From positions 1,184,001-1,248,000 of the forward strand of contig CP169074.1 in the NCBI GenBank assembly GCA_041891055.1: a stretch of 64,000 bases of DNA, read 5' to 3'. Position numbers and translations under genes: made by a program. The DNA is from Halorutilales archaeon Cl-col2-1. Lineage in GTDB: Archaea; Halobacteriota; Halobacteria; Halobacteriales; Afararchaeaceae. The notes below the pieces were generated by a model that saw nothing but the letters and a program-made list of their open reading frames with translations, made no database searches and was not told the DNA's origin. Below, piece by piece: positions 1-8,484 of this stretch (position 1 is the first letter of the stretch; every line of letters starts with the position of its first letter).

Positions 1-155
1 TCGTAGCCGCGGCGGAGCTCTACGGAGTCGACGCCTTTGATCAGCCCGGGGTTGAGTTAGGCAAGAAAGCGACCTACTCACTCCTCGACAGAGACGGCTA
101 CGACGGATACGACGGCTACGTCCGTAACATCGACGAGACCCTCTTTGAGGTCTGA
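1..155 (+). CDS. pgi: Glucose-6-phosphate isomerase, 3' end (partial)
   Basis: Frame from nt 3 reads VAAAELYGVDAFDQPGVELGKKAT...EV*; FDQPGVELGK is the PGI C-terminal signature. Confidence 0.9.
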   Translation, partial: VAAAELYGVDAFDQPGVELGKKATYSLLDRDGYDGYDGYVRNIDETLFEV

Positions 156-160
156 TGTTA

Positions 161-230
161 CCTTACCCCACCCTACTCGCCCACTCCGTTCGCTCCTTGA
201 GGCGGGAGGCCCCACCTCGAAAGTGGTGAA
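161..230 (-). mobile_element. Solo IS200/IS605-family end remnant (left-end-like)
   Basis: Minus strand TTCACCACTTTCGAGGTGGGGCCTCCCGCCTCAAGGAGCGAACGGAGTGGGCGAGTAGGGTGGGGTAAGG has imperfect hairpins and resembles haloarchaeal IS1341-type ends (from recall); no adjacent transposase. Confidence 0.5.
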
Positions 231-277
231 GTGAAACAAGAAAAACCCTTTTTGACCTCTGCGGCTAAGTATCCTTG

Positions 278-1033
278 ATGAATGAGAACTACAGGCTGAA
301 GGCATCCGAGACTCTCTCGGTGGTCATGGTGGCTGTGTCGGCATTTCTGATAGGGACTGCGGTGACTGCGTTCACGGGTCTCTTTCTCCGATCAGTCGGA
401 GTGGGTCTCGAAAGTACGGCGGTTCGTCTGGGTCTCTCGGTTGTTCTCTTACAGGGCGTCTCTTTCGGCGGTGTCGCGTATATCTACCTCCGCCTCAGAG
501 GTCTCGGTCTCGGATTCATACAAGCACGTCTGCCGAGTCTGAGAGACATAGGATGGGTGGTCGCGGGATTCCTCGGCTTCCTCGCCTCCGTGATGGCGAT
601 CAGCATAATCCTCAACAGCCTCGGTATAGAGTCGGCTACAAACCGGATACAGTCAGTCGGCGAAGAAAGTCCTGAGGTCTTCCTACTCCTCGTTCCCCTC
701 TCATTCCTACTGATAGGACCCGGAGAGGAGCTACTATTCCGCGGAGTCGTACAGGGAGTCCTGAGGAGGAGCTTTGACACGGCTCCCGCGATAGGGATAG
801 CCAGCCTGATATTCTCGGTCGGACACGCGTCGTCTATACAGGGTGGCTTGGAGGGGAAGATCGTCTACCTAGGCGTTGTCTTCGTACTGTCACTCATACT
901 CGGAGGTCTCTACGAGAGAACCTCGAACCTCGTCGTCCCCGCCCTGATACACGGAGCCTATAACGCTCTCCTCTTCCTCGGGATGTACGTCGCGAGCACA
1001 CGTAACATCGAGATGGCAGTCTCACTATTCTGA
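278..1033 (+). CDS. CPBP/Abi (CAAX) family intramembrane glutamic protease
   Basis: Multi-TM protein with EELLFRG, FSVGH and HGAYN motifs. Confidence 0.9.
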   Translation: MNENYRLKASETLSVVMVAVSAFLIGTAVTAFTGLFLRSVGVGLESTAVRLGLSVVLLQGVSFGGVAYIYLRLRGLGLGFIQARLPSLRDIGWVVAGFLGFLASVMAISIILNSLGIESATNRIQSVGEESPEVFLLLVPLSFLLIGPGEELLFRGVVQGVLRRSFDTAPAIGIASLIFSVGHASSIQGGLEGKIVYLGVVFVLSLILGGLYERTSNLVVPALIHGAYNALLFLGMYVASTRNIEMAVSLF

Positions 1034-1092
1034 TTCGACTAACGTAACGTAACAGTAACAAATTTCAAGTCGAGGCGCGTTAGTTTTCGAGT

Positions 1093-2280
1093 ATGGACAT
1101 AGCAGAGATGGCTTCTACGGAGTTCGACGAGTTCGACACCGACGCGCGTCTATCCAAGATCTCAAGCGCATTCGAGAATGACAACCTCAAGGCTGTCGTC
1201 CTGACCGACGGATCCGACTACAAAGGTATCGTGACCGAGAGACAGCTTATCTCGTCACACATAAAGCCGAAACAGAAGGCGAAGACTGTGATGACACATC
1301 CTTCGAAGGTGGAGAGAACCGAGGACGTGAGGGAGACGGCACGTCTGATGGTCGAGAGCAACTCGAAGGTTCTCCCCGTATTTGAGGGTGGAAGCCTCTA
1401 CGGAATCGTGACCGCTGACACTCTCCTCGGCGAGGTCAACTCACACCTCGATGTGCTCACAGTAGGTCAGATATACAGCCAGAACCTCGTGACCGTAACA
1501 CCCGGAACGACCCTAGGAGAGATAATAAACGACTTCCGCGAGAACGGAATCTCACGCATGCCCGTGATCGAGGACGGAAGCTTAGAGGGAATAGTCACTA
1601 TACACGACGTTATAAACTTCTCGGTACGTGAGATGTCTAAGAGCCAGGGTGGCTCGCCCGGAAGCTTCGCAGACGGAAGGTCACAGGAGTCTCACGGCGG
1701 CTTCGGTTCACGTGAGGGCGGAGAGGACAGGATGCTCGACCTCCCCGCATACGACGTGATGAGCTCCCCCGTGGCGACCACGACACCAGACACCGACGTC
1801 AACGAGGCTGTTGACGAGATGCTAGAGATGGGATACTCGTCTCTCGTCGTGACAGACGACGGAGAGACAGACGGAATTCTCACGAAGACCGATGTACTCC
1901 GGGCGCTGTCGCTCGAAGAGGAGACGCAGATGCAGGTCAGGATAGCCAACATCGACCTCCTCGACGACATGACGAGGGGCGACGTCGTGAACGTGATAGA
2001 GAACGTCTCTGACAAGTACTCCGAGATGCAGGTTCTCGAAGCCCACGTCGACCTTCACAAGCACAAGGAACAGCTCAGAGGGAGTCCTCTGATACTCGCA
2101 CGTCTCCGCCTCTTCACCGACAAGGGACAGTTCGCGGGTACAGGTGAGGGATACGGTGCCGAACACGCCATCCATCTCGCGCGTAACAAGCTGGAAAGGA
2201 ACGTCCTCGACACTAAGGAGTTGCAGAGCGACCAGCAGCAGGCTGAGATGCTCCTCAGAAGGTTCGGAACTGAGATATAG
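1093..2280 (+). CDS. Four-CBS-domain protein with C-terminal HPF/RaiA-like domain (Hib-type ribosome hibernation factor candidate)
   Basis: Two CBS pairs (GIVTERQL, GIVTADTL, GIVTIHDV, GILTKTDV) followed by a ~110-aa domain with the HPF-like beta-alpha-beta-beta-beta-alpha pattern (LEAHVDLHKH...ARLRLFTDKGQFAGTGEGYGAEHAIHLARNKLERNV). Confidence 0.75.
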   Translation: MDIAEMASTEFDEFDTDARLSKISSAFENDNLKAVVLTDGSDYKGIVTERQLISSHIKPKQKAKTVMTHPSKVERTEDVRETARLMVESNSKVLPVFEGGSLYGIVTADTLLGEVNSHLDVLTVGQIYSQNLVTVTPGTTLGEIINDFRENGISRMPVIEDGSLEGIVTIHDVINFSVREMSKSQGGSPGSFADGRSQESHGGFGSREGGEDRMLDLPAYDVMSSPVATTTPDTDVNEAVDEMLEMGYSSLVVTDDGETDGILTKTDVLRALSLEEETQMQVRIANIDLLDDMTRGDVVNVIENVSDKYSEMQVLEAHVDLHKHKEQLRGSPLILARLRLFTDKGQFAGTGEGYGAEHAIHLARNKLERNVLDTKELQSDQQQAEMLLRRFGTEI

Positions 2281-2289
2281 TCTTAGACT

Positions 2290-2949
2290 CTAGTCCTCTA
2301 CGCCGACTCTCTCGCATTTTTGGGACACGATACAGTCATCGCACGAGGGTGATCTCGGAGTACAGACCTCACGTCCGTGGCGTATAAGAGACAGATGTGC
2401 GTCTCTGAGGTCGAGACCACAGTCGTCACGTAGGTCGAGGAGGAGGTCACGTGTCTTACGTCTCGAAAGACCGTCGGCGACCCCGAGACGGCTCGTAACT
2501 CTCTGGACGTGTGTGTCGACCGGACAGATGTTGGCGTCCGACGAGAAGAGGAGAACGACATCCGCAGTCTTGTGTCCTATCCCCTTGATACTCGTTAGTT
2601 CGTCGTATGCGTCTTCGAAGTCGGAGCTGTCGGCTTCTATCCAGTCGGTACTTCGGTTTCTCTCCTCGACTATGTACCGCGCGGCGTTACGTATGTACTC
2701 CGACTTCGACGGTGCGAGACCCGCGGGACGTATCAGCCTCTCGACCTCCTCGGCGTCGGCTTCGAGTATCTCGTCGGGTGTCTCGTGTTCCTCAACGAGA
2801 CGTTCGTACGCCTCACGCGAGTTATCGTCGGTCGTGTTCTGAGACAGAATCGTCCGGAGTATCACGTTCCACGGCTCCCTCTTCTCAACGGTCGGGTCGT
2901 ACTTGTCGCCGAGATCTTCGAGGACTTTCTTAAAAGTAACACAGTCCAT
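2290..2949 (-). CDS. Endonuclease III / HhH-GPD DNA glycosylase
   Basis: ILSQNTTD, HhH motif LTSIKGIGHKTADVV, PVDTHV, C-terminal 4Fe-4S motif C-x6-C-x2-C-x5-C; start taken at Met39 of the ORF. Confidence 0.9.
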   Translation of the reverse strand: MDCVTFKKVLEDLGDKYDPTVEKREPWNVILRTILSQNTTDDNSREAYERLVEEHETPDEILEADAEEVERLIRPAGLAPSKSEYIRNAARYIVEERNRSTDWIEADSSDFEDAYDELTSIKGIGHKTADVVLLFSSDANICPVDTHVQRVTSRLGVADGLSRRKTRDLLLDLRDDCGLDLRDAHLSLIRHGREVCTPRSPSCDDCIVSQKCERVGVED

Positions 2950-3020
2950 CAGACCGTCTTGGAAACAGAGAGACAAAAGATCACCGAAAGCACTAATCCA
3001 CTGACGGTCGATCTTAGTAC

Positions 3021-3980
3021 ATGGCGAGTCTGAGGGAGGAGGTAGAGTCCTACGTCGAAGCACAGATGACCGAGTTCCTCGACTGGGTCGTCAACAGGGT
3101 TCCTGAGATAGTCGCGGGAGTCGTAATCATCCTCATAGGATACAGACTCTCGAAGACCGCAGTGAGCTTCCTTGGACGTCCCGTCTATTCGTGGGTTCAG
3201 CGCGAGAGTATAGCCAAGACGACTCTGCGCCTCGTGAGGTACTCGGTAGTCGCCCTCTCGGTTCTAACTGCGGCGAGGATAGCCTTTGGAATCTCACTCA
3301 CGTCTGTCTTCCTCACGGCGACAGTCTTCTCGGCTGTCCTAGGTATAATACTCGCTCCTCTTGTCGGAGACATAATTAACGGCGTCTTCGTTCTAGGAGA
3401 CCAGCCCTATGAGATAGGGGACATGATAGAGCTCGTCGACACAGGGGAGAAGGGATTCGTCGACGACGTCACGATACGTTACACGAAGATATTCACGATG
3501 GACAACAGCTTTCTGGTGATACCCAACTCGGAGATCAGGAAGAGGGATGTCAACAACTACAGCGCGGGTGACCTACGTACGAGGGACGAGATAGACGTCA
3601 CGGTGAGCTACGAGAGCGACGCCGACAAGGCGAGAGAGATAATGAGGGAGTCAGCGCGTGAGATGCCTGAGGTCATAAGTACCCACGGAAACATACGTAT
3701 AGGACATGCCGAGTACCCCTTATCCCCGCGGTGTCTCATCTCCGAGTTCGGGGATCACGGTATAAGGCTCACACTGAGATACTGGCTACGTGAGCCCTAC
3801 TACATAGCGAGTGTGAAGTCGGAGATAAACCAGAAGGTAAGGAGGAAGTTCGAGAGGGAAGGTGTGGATATACCATACCCACACTCACATCTCGTCATAG
3901 ATGACGAGAGGAACTCAGTCAGTGTCAGAAGAGAGGACGAGGGAGACGAGGACACGGGAGCGACAGACATAGCCGAGTGA
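3021..3980 (+). CDS. Small-conductance mechanosensitive channel (MscS family)
   Basis: Three N-terminal TM helices, PYEIGDMI, IPNS, C-terminal IPYP motif. Confidence 0.9.
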   Translation: MASLREEVESYVEAQMTEFLDWVVNRVPEIVAGVVIILIGYRLSKTAVSFLGRPVYSWVQRESIAKTTLRLVRYSVVALSVLTAARIAFGISLTSVFLTATVFSAVLGIILAPLVGDIINGVFVLGDQPYEIGDMIELVDTGEKGFVDDVTIRYTKIFTMDNSFLVIPNSEIRKRDVNNYSAGDLRTRDEIDVTVSYESDADKAREIMRESAREMPEVISTHGNIRIGHAEYPLSPRCLISEFGDHGIRLTLRYWLREPYYIASVKSEINQKVRRKFEREGVDIPYPHSHLVIDDERNSVSVRREDEGDEDTGATDIAE

Positions 3981-4027
3981 GAGCTGAGAGCGGGTCAGAT
4001 CGAGTGAAAGCCAGTGTCGAAGCAGGG

Positions 4028-4423
4028 TCAAGAGACGACGTGAACCTCGGCGTCGAGACGTTCACGCAAGAACCTCTCTATGTCGGGGTTGTTTCCTATC
4101 ATACGTCTGAGAGCACGTCTCCATCTACCCGTCTGTGTCCTTCCTATAACTATCATGTCAGTGTCACGTGATGCGGCTTCCTGAAGTATCGACTCCTCGA
4201 CGAGGAATCCCTCTCTGACCGAGTAGTCGGCGTCTATACTACCCACCTTCGACTCGACCTCACGTCTGAGGTCGACGGTGTCGACGTCCTTAGAGTCCTG
4301 GAACAGATCTATGTGGAGAACCGTGAGGTTCGCGTCCCTCTCGTCGGCTATCTCAACGGCTCTCTTCAGGGTACTTATGCTGTTGTCCTCAAGAGGGTAA
4401 CGAACAGGGACTATTATATTCAC
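4028..4423 (-). CDS. Universal stress protein (UspA family)
   Basis: IIVPV...LTVLH...DMIVIG Usp fold pattern. Confidence 0.85.
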   Translation of the reverse strand: MNIIVPVRYPLEDNSISTLKRAVEIADERDANLTVLHIDLFQDSKDVDTVDLRREVESKVGSIDADYSVREGFLVEESILQEAASRDTDMIVIGRTQTGRWRRALRRMIGNNPDIERFLRERLDAEVHVVS

Positions 4424-4494
4424 TAATGGACGTAAGTATCGCGTTTAAAAGAAACTGTCTTTTTAACTGTGCGTCTACTCAGACGTCGCTACTC

Positions 4495-4770
4495 CTACTC
4501 CTCCGAGGATTCGCCTGCGGCGAGTACGACTGACTTCACGAGAGGGACTACTACCCAGAACACGAGGGGTCCAAGAAGCATAACCGCCATCGAGACGTCG
4601 GCGAGAAATACGCCGATGTCGTGGGGTATGCCTATAGTAGGAGGAGCCGCCTCCTCCGGGAAACCAAGCTGGTTCTGGAAATTGGAAGTCTTGAAGAGAC
4701 CCCCGAATATCAGCCAGAGCAGTCCTCCGCCCGTGAACAGTCCACCGCCTATTATGAATTCATCTGCCAT
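4495..4770 (-). CDS. Small 2-TM membrane protein of the haloarchaeal pet cluster
   Basis: MADEFI... two hydrophobic segments; last gene of the co-oriented pet cluster. Confidence 0.75.
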   Translation of the reverse strand: MADEFIIGGGLFTGGGLLWLIFGGLFKTSNFQNQLGFPEEAAPPTIGIPHDIGVFLADVSMAVMLLGPLVFWVVVPLVKSVVLAAGESSEE

Positions 4771-5056
4771 TCTTTATCTCCTCGATTGTCTTGAATCTCG
4801 TAGAGAAGACGTAGAGTCCTCCCGCCGCGAGTATGAGTAGAACCCCTACTCCGGTTACTACGTTCGGGTCGCCACGCGCAGGCCAGCCTATCGAACGGTC
4901 TATGAGGTAGAAGCCCGCGAATATCATCGAGACCGAGACGAGGGTAGTGAAGACCGTTGTAGCCTTGTAGGCGCGCTCGGTCACTACGACCTCCCGGGTC
5001 TCGGAACTGGTGTCGGGACTTGAGTCGTCGGTCTGTGTCTTCGTCTGTGTTCGCAT
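4760..5056 (-). CDS. Small 2-TM membrane protein of the haloarchaeal pet cluster
   Basis: REVVV...YKATTVFTTL...STRF pattern, two TM helices, overlaps next gene. Confidence 0.75.
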   Translation of the reverse strand: MRTQTKTQTDDSSPDTSSETREVVVTERAYKATTVFTTLVSVSMIFAGFYLIDRSIGWPARGDPNVVTGVGVLLILAAGGLYVFSTRFKTIEEIKNGR

Positions 5057-5116
5057 ACGTCTTCTCTTTCGAGTTTATTTTTAATGTTGGTGTGTTTTCG
5101 GTCTGTGCTCCACGGA

Positions 5117-6040
5117 CTACCTGAGACGGTAGTATCTCCTGTTGAGGTCGTACATGTACCCCTTCTGGAAGCTCTTGAGTATCGGATACGTCACGAGCGC
5201 CGCCGCGACGGGAAGGAGGAACGTGAGGTCGAAGAGTAACGACGTACTCATCGTGAAGCCGAATATGGGGTAGCTCACAACGAGGTTCTTCACGGCGAGA
5301 ACGCTTATGGTGAAGGCGAAGACTACGCCTCCTACCCCGAGCGACGCCCAGAACGGCTCCTCGACGGGTCTACGTGCGGTTCCCGGGTTGAGGAACGGCA
5401 GGACGGCTATGATACCCACGACGACTATGTTTGCCAGGACTCCGTAGGTTCTGTCTGGCATTATGGGCTTACCGCCAAGTATCGCGAGCGGTGGGTTGAT
5501 CGGACCCAGCTTGAGGAGTCCGAACGACCAGTAGAGGTACCAGTCAGGGAGTATTATGAAGGGCGTCTGACTCAGGTTAGCGGGCTCTGCTATGTGTGGC
5601 GGAAGCATCGCCGCGAGGAGTATCATTACTCCCGAGAAGAACGACGCAAGCGATAGGTTACGCACCATCTCGTGGGGCCAGAAGGGCTGAAGGGATACCT
5701 CTCGGTACCTCTTCTGATCCATGACCCTGTTCTTCTCGCGTTTCGACCTCTCGAAGAACTCGTAGGTCAGCTTCGCGAGACCCGACGTATTTTCTTTCCT
5801 GTCCTCGAAGGTCGGGACATCCTCGGCGTAGTCGGTCTCCTCAAGTGCGGCGAGTCTGTCCTGTAGATCCTCTAGCTCGTCAAGCTTATCCTCTATCTCG
5901 TCCTCCGACATCTCGGCGAGTATACCTTCCTCGCCTTCTTGTTCCTCACCGCCGTCGGGAACCCTCAAGAGTTCCTCATCTTCAAAGTCGTCGGCTTGTG
6001 TTTGGTTTTCTTGTTTGTCTTTGTCCATGTTATGTTTCAC
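5117..6040 (-). CDS. petD: Cytochrome b/b6 C-terminal subunit (subunit IV)
   Basis: FWPHE motif and Qo-site ILPDWYLYW (PEWY-like), followed by TM helices. Confidence 0.9.
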   Translation of the reverse strand: MKHNMDKDKQENQTQADDFEDEELLRVPDGGEEQEGEEGILAEMSEDEIEDKLDELEDLQDRLAALEETDYAEDVPTFEDRKENTSGLAKLTYEFFERSKREKNRVMDQKRYREVSLQPFWPHEMVRNLSLASFFSGVMILLAAMLPPHIAEPANLSQTPFIILPDWYLYWSFGLLKLGPINPPLAILGGKPIMPDRTYGVLANIVVVGIIAVLPFLNPGTARRPVEEPFWASLGVGGVVFAFTISVLAVKNLVVSYPIFGFTMSTSLLFDLTFLLPVAAALVTYPILKSFQKGYMYDLNRRYYRLR

Positions 6041-6043
6041 CTC

Positions 6044-6847
6044 TCAGTGTGGCTCAGCTATTCCCTGTACCCAGACGATCCAGACGTGGACGGCTATAAG
6101 ACCCGTGACGGCGAGTGGGAGGAGGAAGACATGGAGTATGTACATCCTCATGAGTGTGCTTCCCGACGGCGTGAATCCGCCGAAGAGAAGCTGTGCGGTC
6201 CACTCACCTATCACGGGTATCGAGAGCGCCATCTCGACTCCGATCTGTGAAGCCCAGACAGAAAGCTGATCCCACGGGAGAAGGTATCCCGAGTATCCGA
6301 AGACCATCGTGAGCGATATCAAGATTATTCCGATGAGCCAGTTGATCTCACGCGGCTCCTTGTAGGCACCCGTGAAGTAGACACGGAGCATATGGAGGAA
6401 GACCGCTGCGACCATAATCTGGGCACTCCACCGGTGTAACGACCGGAGGAAGAGACCGAAGTTGAGCTCGGTCATTATGAAGCTTATAGAGCTGTACGCC
6501 TGCGTGACCGCGCCCGTCGCACCCTCGGCACCCGGTGCGTAGTAGAGTCCGAGTATCGCTCCGGTTACGGCGGCAAATAGGTACGCGAGTATCGAGAAGC
6601 TACCGAGCGCGTAGAGCGGGTACCAGTACCAGAACTTGTTGTCGAGCTCGTACTGCTGTGTGTGTGAAGTCGGAAGCTGGAGGTACGTCTTGTAGTAGAG
6701 GTTCTCCATCGTCTCCATGTAGTCAACGAGCCCGAGGCGTTTGTCGAGGTACGCGAGGCTCCTCAGGTAGCCGCTCTCGAACGTCGACAGCTCCTTCTCC
6801 TTGTCACGTATCCAGTCGGAGTGGTCGGGTAGATCCTCTCGTTTCAT
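6044..6847 (-). CDS. petB: Cytochrome b/b6 N-terminal subunit
   Basis: Four heme His (RSLHRW...FLHMLR; YILHVF...AVHVW), GYLLPWDQ. Confidence 0.95.
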   Translation of the reverse strand: MKREDLPDHSDWIRDKEKELSTFESGYLRSLAYLDKRLGLVDYMETMENLYYKTYLQLPTSHTQQYELDNKFWYWYPLYALGSFSILAYLFAAVTGAILGLYYAPGAEGATGAVTQAYSSISFIMTELNFGLFLRSLHRWSAQIMVAAVFLHMLRVYFTGAYKEPREINWLIGIILISLTMVFGYSGYLLPWDQLSVWASQIGVEMALSIPVIGEWTAQLLFGGFTPSGSTLMRMYILHVFLLPLAVTGLIAVHVWIVWVQGIAEPH

Positions 6848-7218
6848 GTCTTCCTCTCAAAGGGTGAGCTCGACTTCTTGAACTCTTCTTCGAGTCGGTC
6901 ACGGAGGCTGTGCCCATCGGCGTCGTCCTCGGCGACCCAGATGTCCTCGTACTTCTTTCTCCTCTTCTTGAGGACGAGGACATCAGGGAGGAACTCGATC
7001 TTGTAGACCATGAGTATGAACGCGAGGTCTATGAAGATGAAGGCGAGTATTCCTCCGAGGAACATGTTTGCAGCCTCCGACGTTGCGCCTGAACTTATTC
7101 CCCAGATGAAGAAGCCCACGAGGACGAACTCGATCAGCGTCAGAACCGATATCGCGATCATCCCTACGAGGCTTTCCCTGGGAGGTTCGTAACGTTGTAT
7201 ATCTCCGTACTTTCCCAT
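6844..7218 (-). CDS. Conserved 2-TM membrane protein of the pet cluster
   Basis: YGDIQRYEPPRES...EFLPDV motif; 4-nt overlap with petB. Confidence 0.75.
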   Translation of the reverse strand: MGKYGDIQRYEPPRESLVGMIAISVLTLIEFVLVGFFIWGISSGATSEAANMFLGGILAFIFIDLAFILMVYKIEFLPDVLVLKKRRKKYEDIWVAEDDADGHSLRDRLEEEFKKSSSPFERKT

Positions 7219-7224
7219 CTTTTA

Positions 7225-7959
7225 TCACCTGTCTCTCTGATCCGTGTGTTCGGGGCTGTCGGCGTACTTGAGGAAGAAGAACGAGTAGACGACAGAAGTC
7301 AGGACGGCGAAGATGGCTCCGATCCCCACGAAATGAGCCTGGTACGGCACACCGAGTTCGTGTAAGGCTACTCCGCCCTCGCCGCCTTCACCGCCTCCTG
7401 CTTCGCCGCCGCCTCCACCGCCTCCGCCGCCACCGCCTCCGTCACCGCCTCCTGAGAACTGAGAGAACGAGACGGAGCCCTCGTCGACGATCGTCTGACT
7501 CTCTGGGACGTCGCCGTCAGCTGGCATGCTTCCGTCAGCGGGACCTCCGGGCTCGCCGACGACTATCCTTCCGACCATCCCTAGCGACTTGTGTGGTATG
7601 CAGAAGTAGTCGTACGTACCCGGCGTCTCGAATGTGTGTGAGAACGACTCGCCCTGTCCGCTTATAGTCCCTGAGTCCCATGCGCTCGCCCCCTCAGGAA
7701 TCCTATCTTCGTACGCAGTCGACGAGTGGGCACCGCTCTCTATCACGAACTCGACGGTGTCTCCCTCTTCTACGTGGAGTCCTATCGGATCGAAGTAGTA
7801 GGTCGTTCCTTCGGTGTACATTCCGACCTGTGTCGCGCCGTCCTGTGCCGACGCCTCGCGCGATACACCCGCCGCCGTGGCACCTGCACCCGCAGCGGTA
7901 GCCGCAGCCATCGTCATGAAGTCACGTCTCTTTACTCCCATCGTATCACCCTCTCCCAA
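7225..7959 (-). CDS. Halocyanin (blue copper protein) with TAT signal and C-terminal membrane anchor
   Basis: KRRDFM TAT motif, AHSS and YFCIPHKSLGM type-1 copper ligands, Gly-rich linker, C-terminal TM helix. Confidence 0.9.
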   Translation of the reverse strand: MGEGDTMGVKRRDFMTMAAATAAGAGATAAGVSREASAQDGATQVGMYTEGTTYYFDPIGLHVEEGDTVEFVIESGAHSSTAYEDRIPEGASAWDSGTISGQGESFSHTFETPGTYDYFCIPHKSLGMVGRIVVGEPGGPADGSMPADGDVPESQTIVDEGSVSFSQFSGGGDGGGGGGGGGGGGEAGGGEGGEGGVALHELGVPYQAHFVGIGAIFAVLTSVVYSFFFLKYADSPEHTDQRDR

Positions 7960-8091
7960 GGTGTGTTATTCGGTCTCATATGCACGGCTTAACGCGTGTT
8001 TTTACTCTCATAGTAGTATAAATGTACTGATTTATACTTCGAGAAGAGAATGAAGAAGAGTGTACGAGTACGTCGCCGTGTCTTTGCTATC

Positions 8092-8484
8092 CTAGTACTC
8101 ACAGAGCTCTAAGAGGACTCCGTGGGTGTCCCCGGGATGGAGGAAAGCTACCTGTTTACCGCCAGCACCGGGACGCGGCTCGTCGTCTATGAGACGTATC
8201 CCGAGGTCTTCGAGACGTTCTAACTCGTCTTCTATCGAGTCGACCTTTACTGCGACGTGCTGTATTCCCTCGCCTCTCTTCTCTAAGTGTCGTGCGACCG
8301 CACCGTCGTCGTCGAGGGGTTCGAGTAGCTCGAACTCGCCCTCGCCGGCTTCGAGGAAGATGACACGCATGCCTCCGAACTCCTCCTCGTAGTCGAACTC
8401 CATGCCGATGACATCGCGGTAGGTCTTGAGTGCCTCGTCGGCGTCCTCGACCGCGATCCCTACGTGGTCGAACTCGACCGACAT
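8092..8484 (-). CDS. mce: Methylmalonyl-CoA epimerase
   Basis: DHVGIAV, ELLEP, GEGIQHVA, FLHPGDTHGVLLEL; coupled to the mutase gene. Confidence 0.92.
   Translation of the reverse strand: MSVEFDHVGIAVEDADEALKTYRDVIGMEFDYEEEFGGMRVIFLEAGEGEFELLEPLDDDGAVARHLEKRGEGIQHVAVKVDSIEDELERLEDLGIRLIDDEPRPGAGGKQVAFLHPGDTHGVLLELCEY

Noticed and set aside
7380-7452. GCC/CCG-rich tandem repeats (also 34255-34410)
   Set aside because: They encode Gly-rich linkers of the halocyanin and the HiPIP, not independent repeats.
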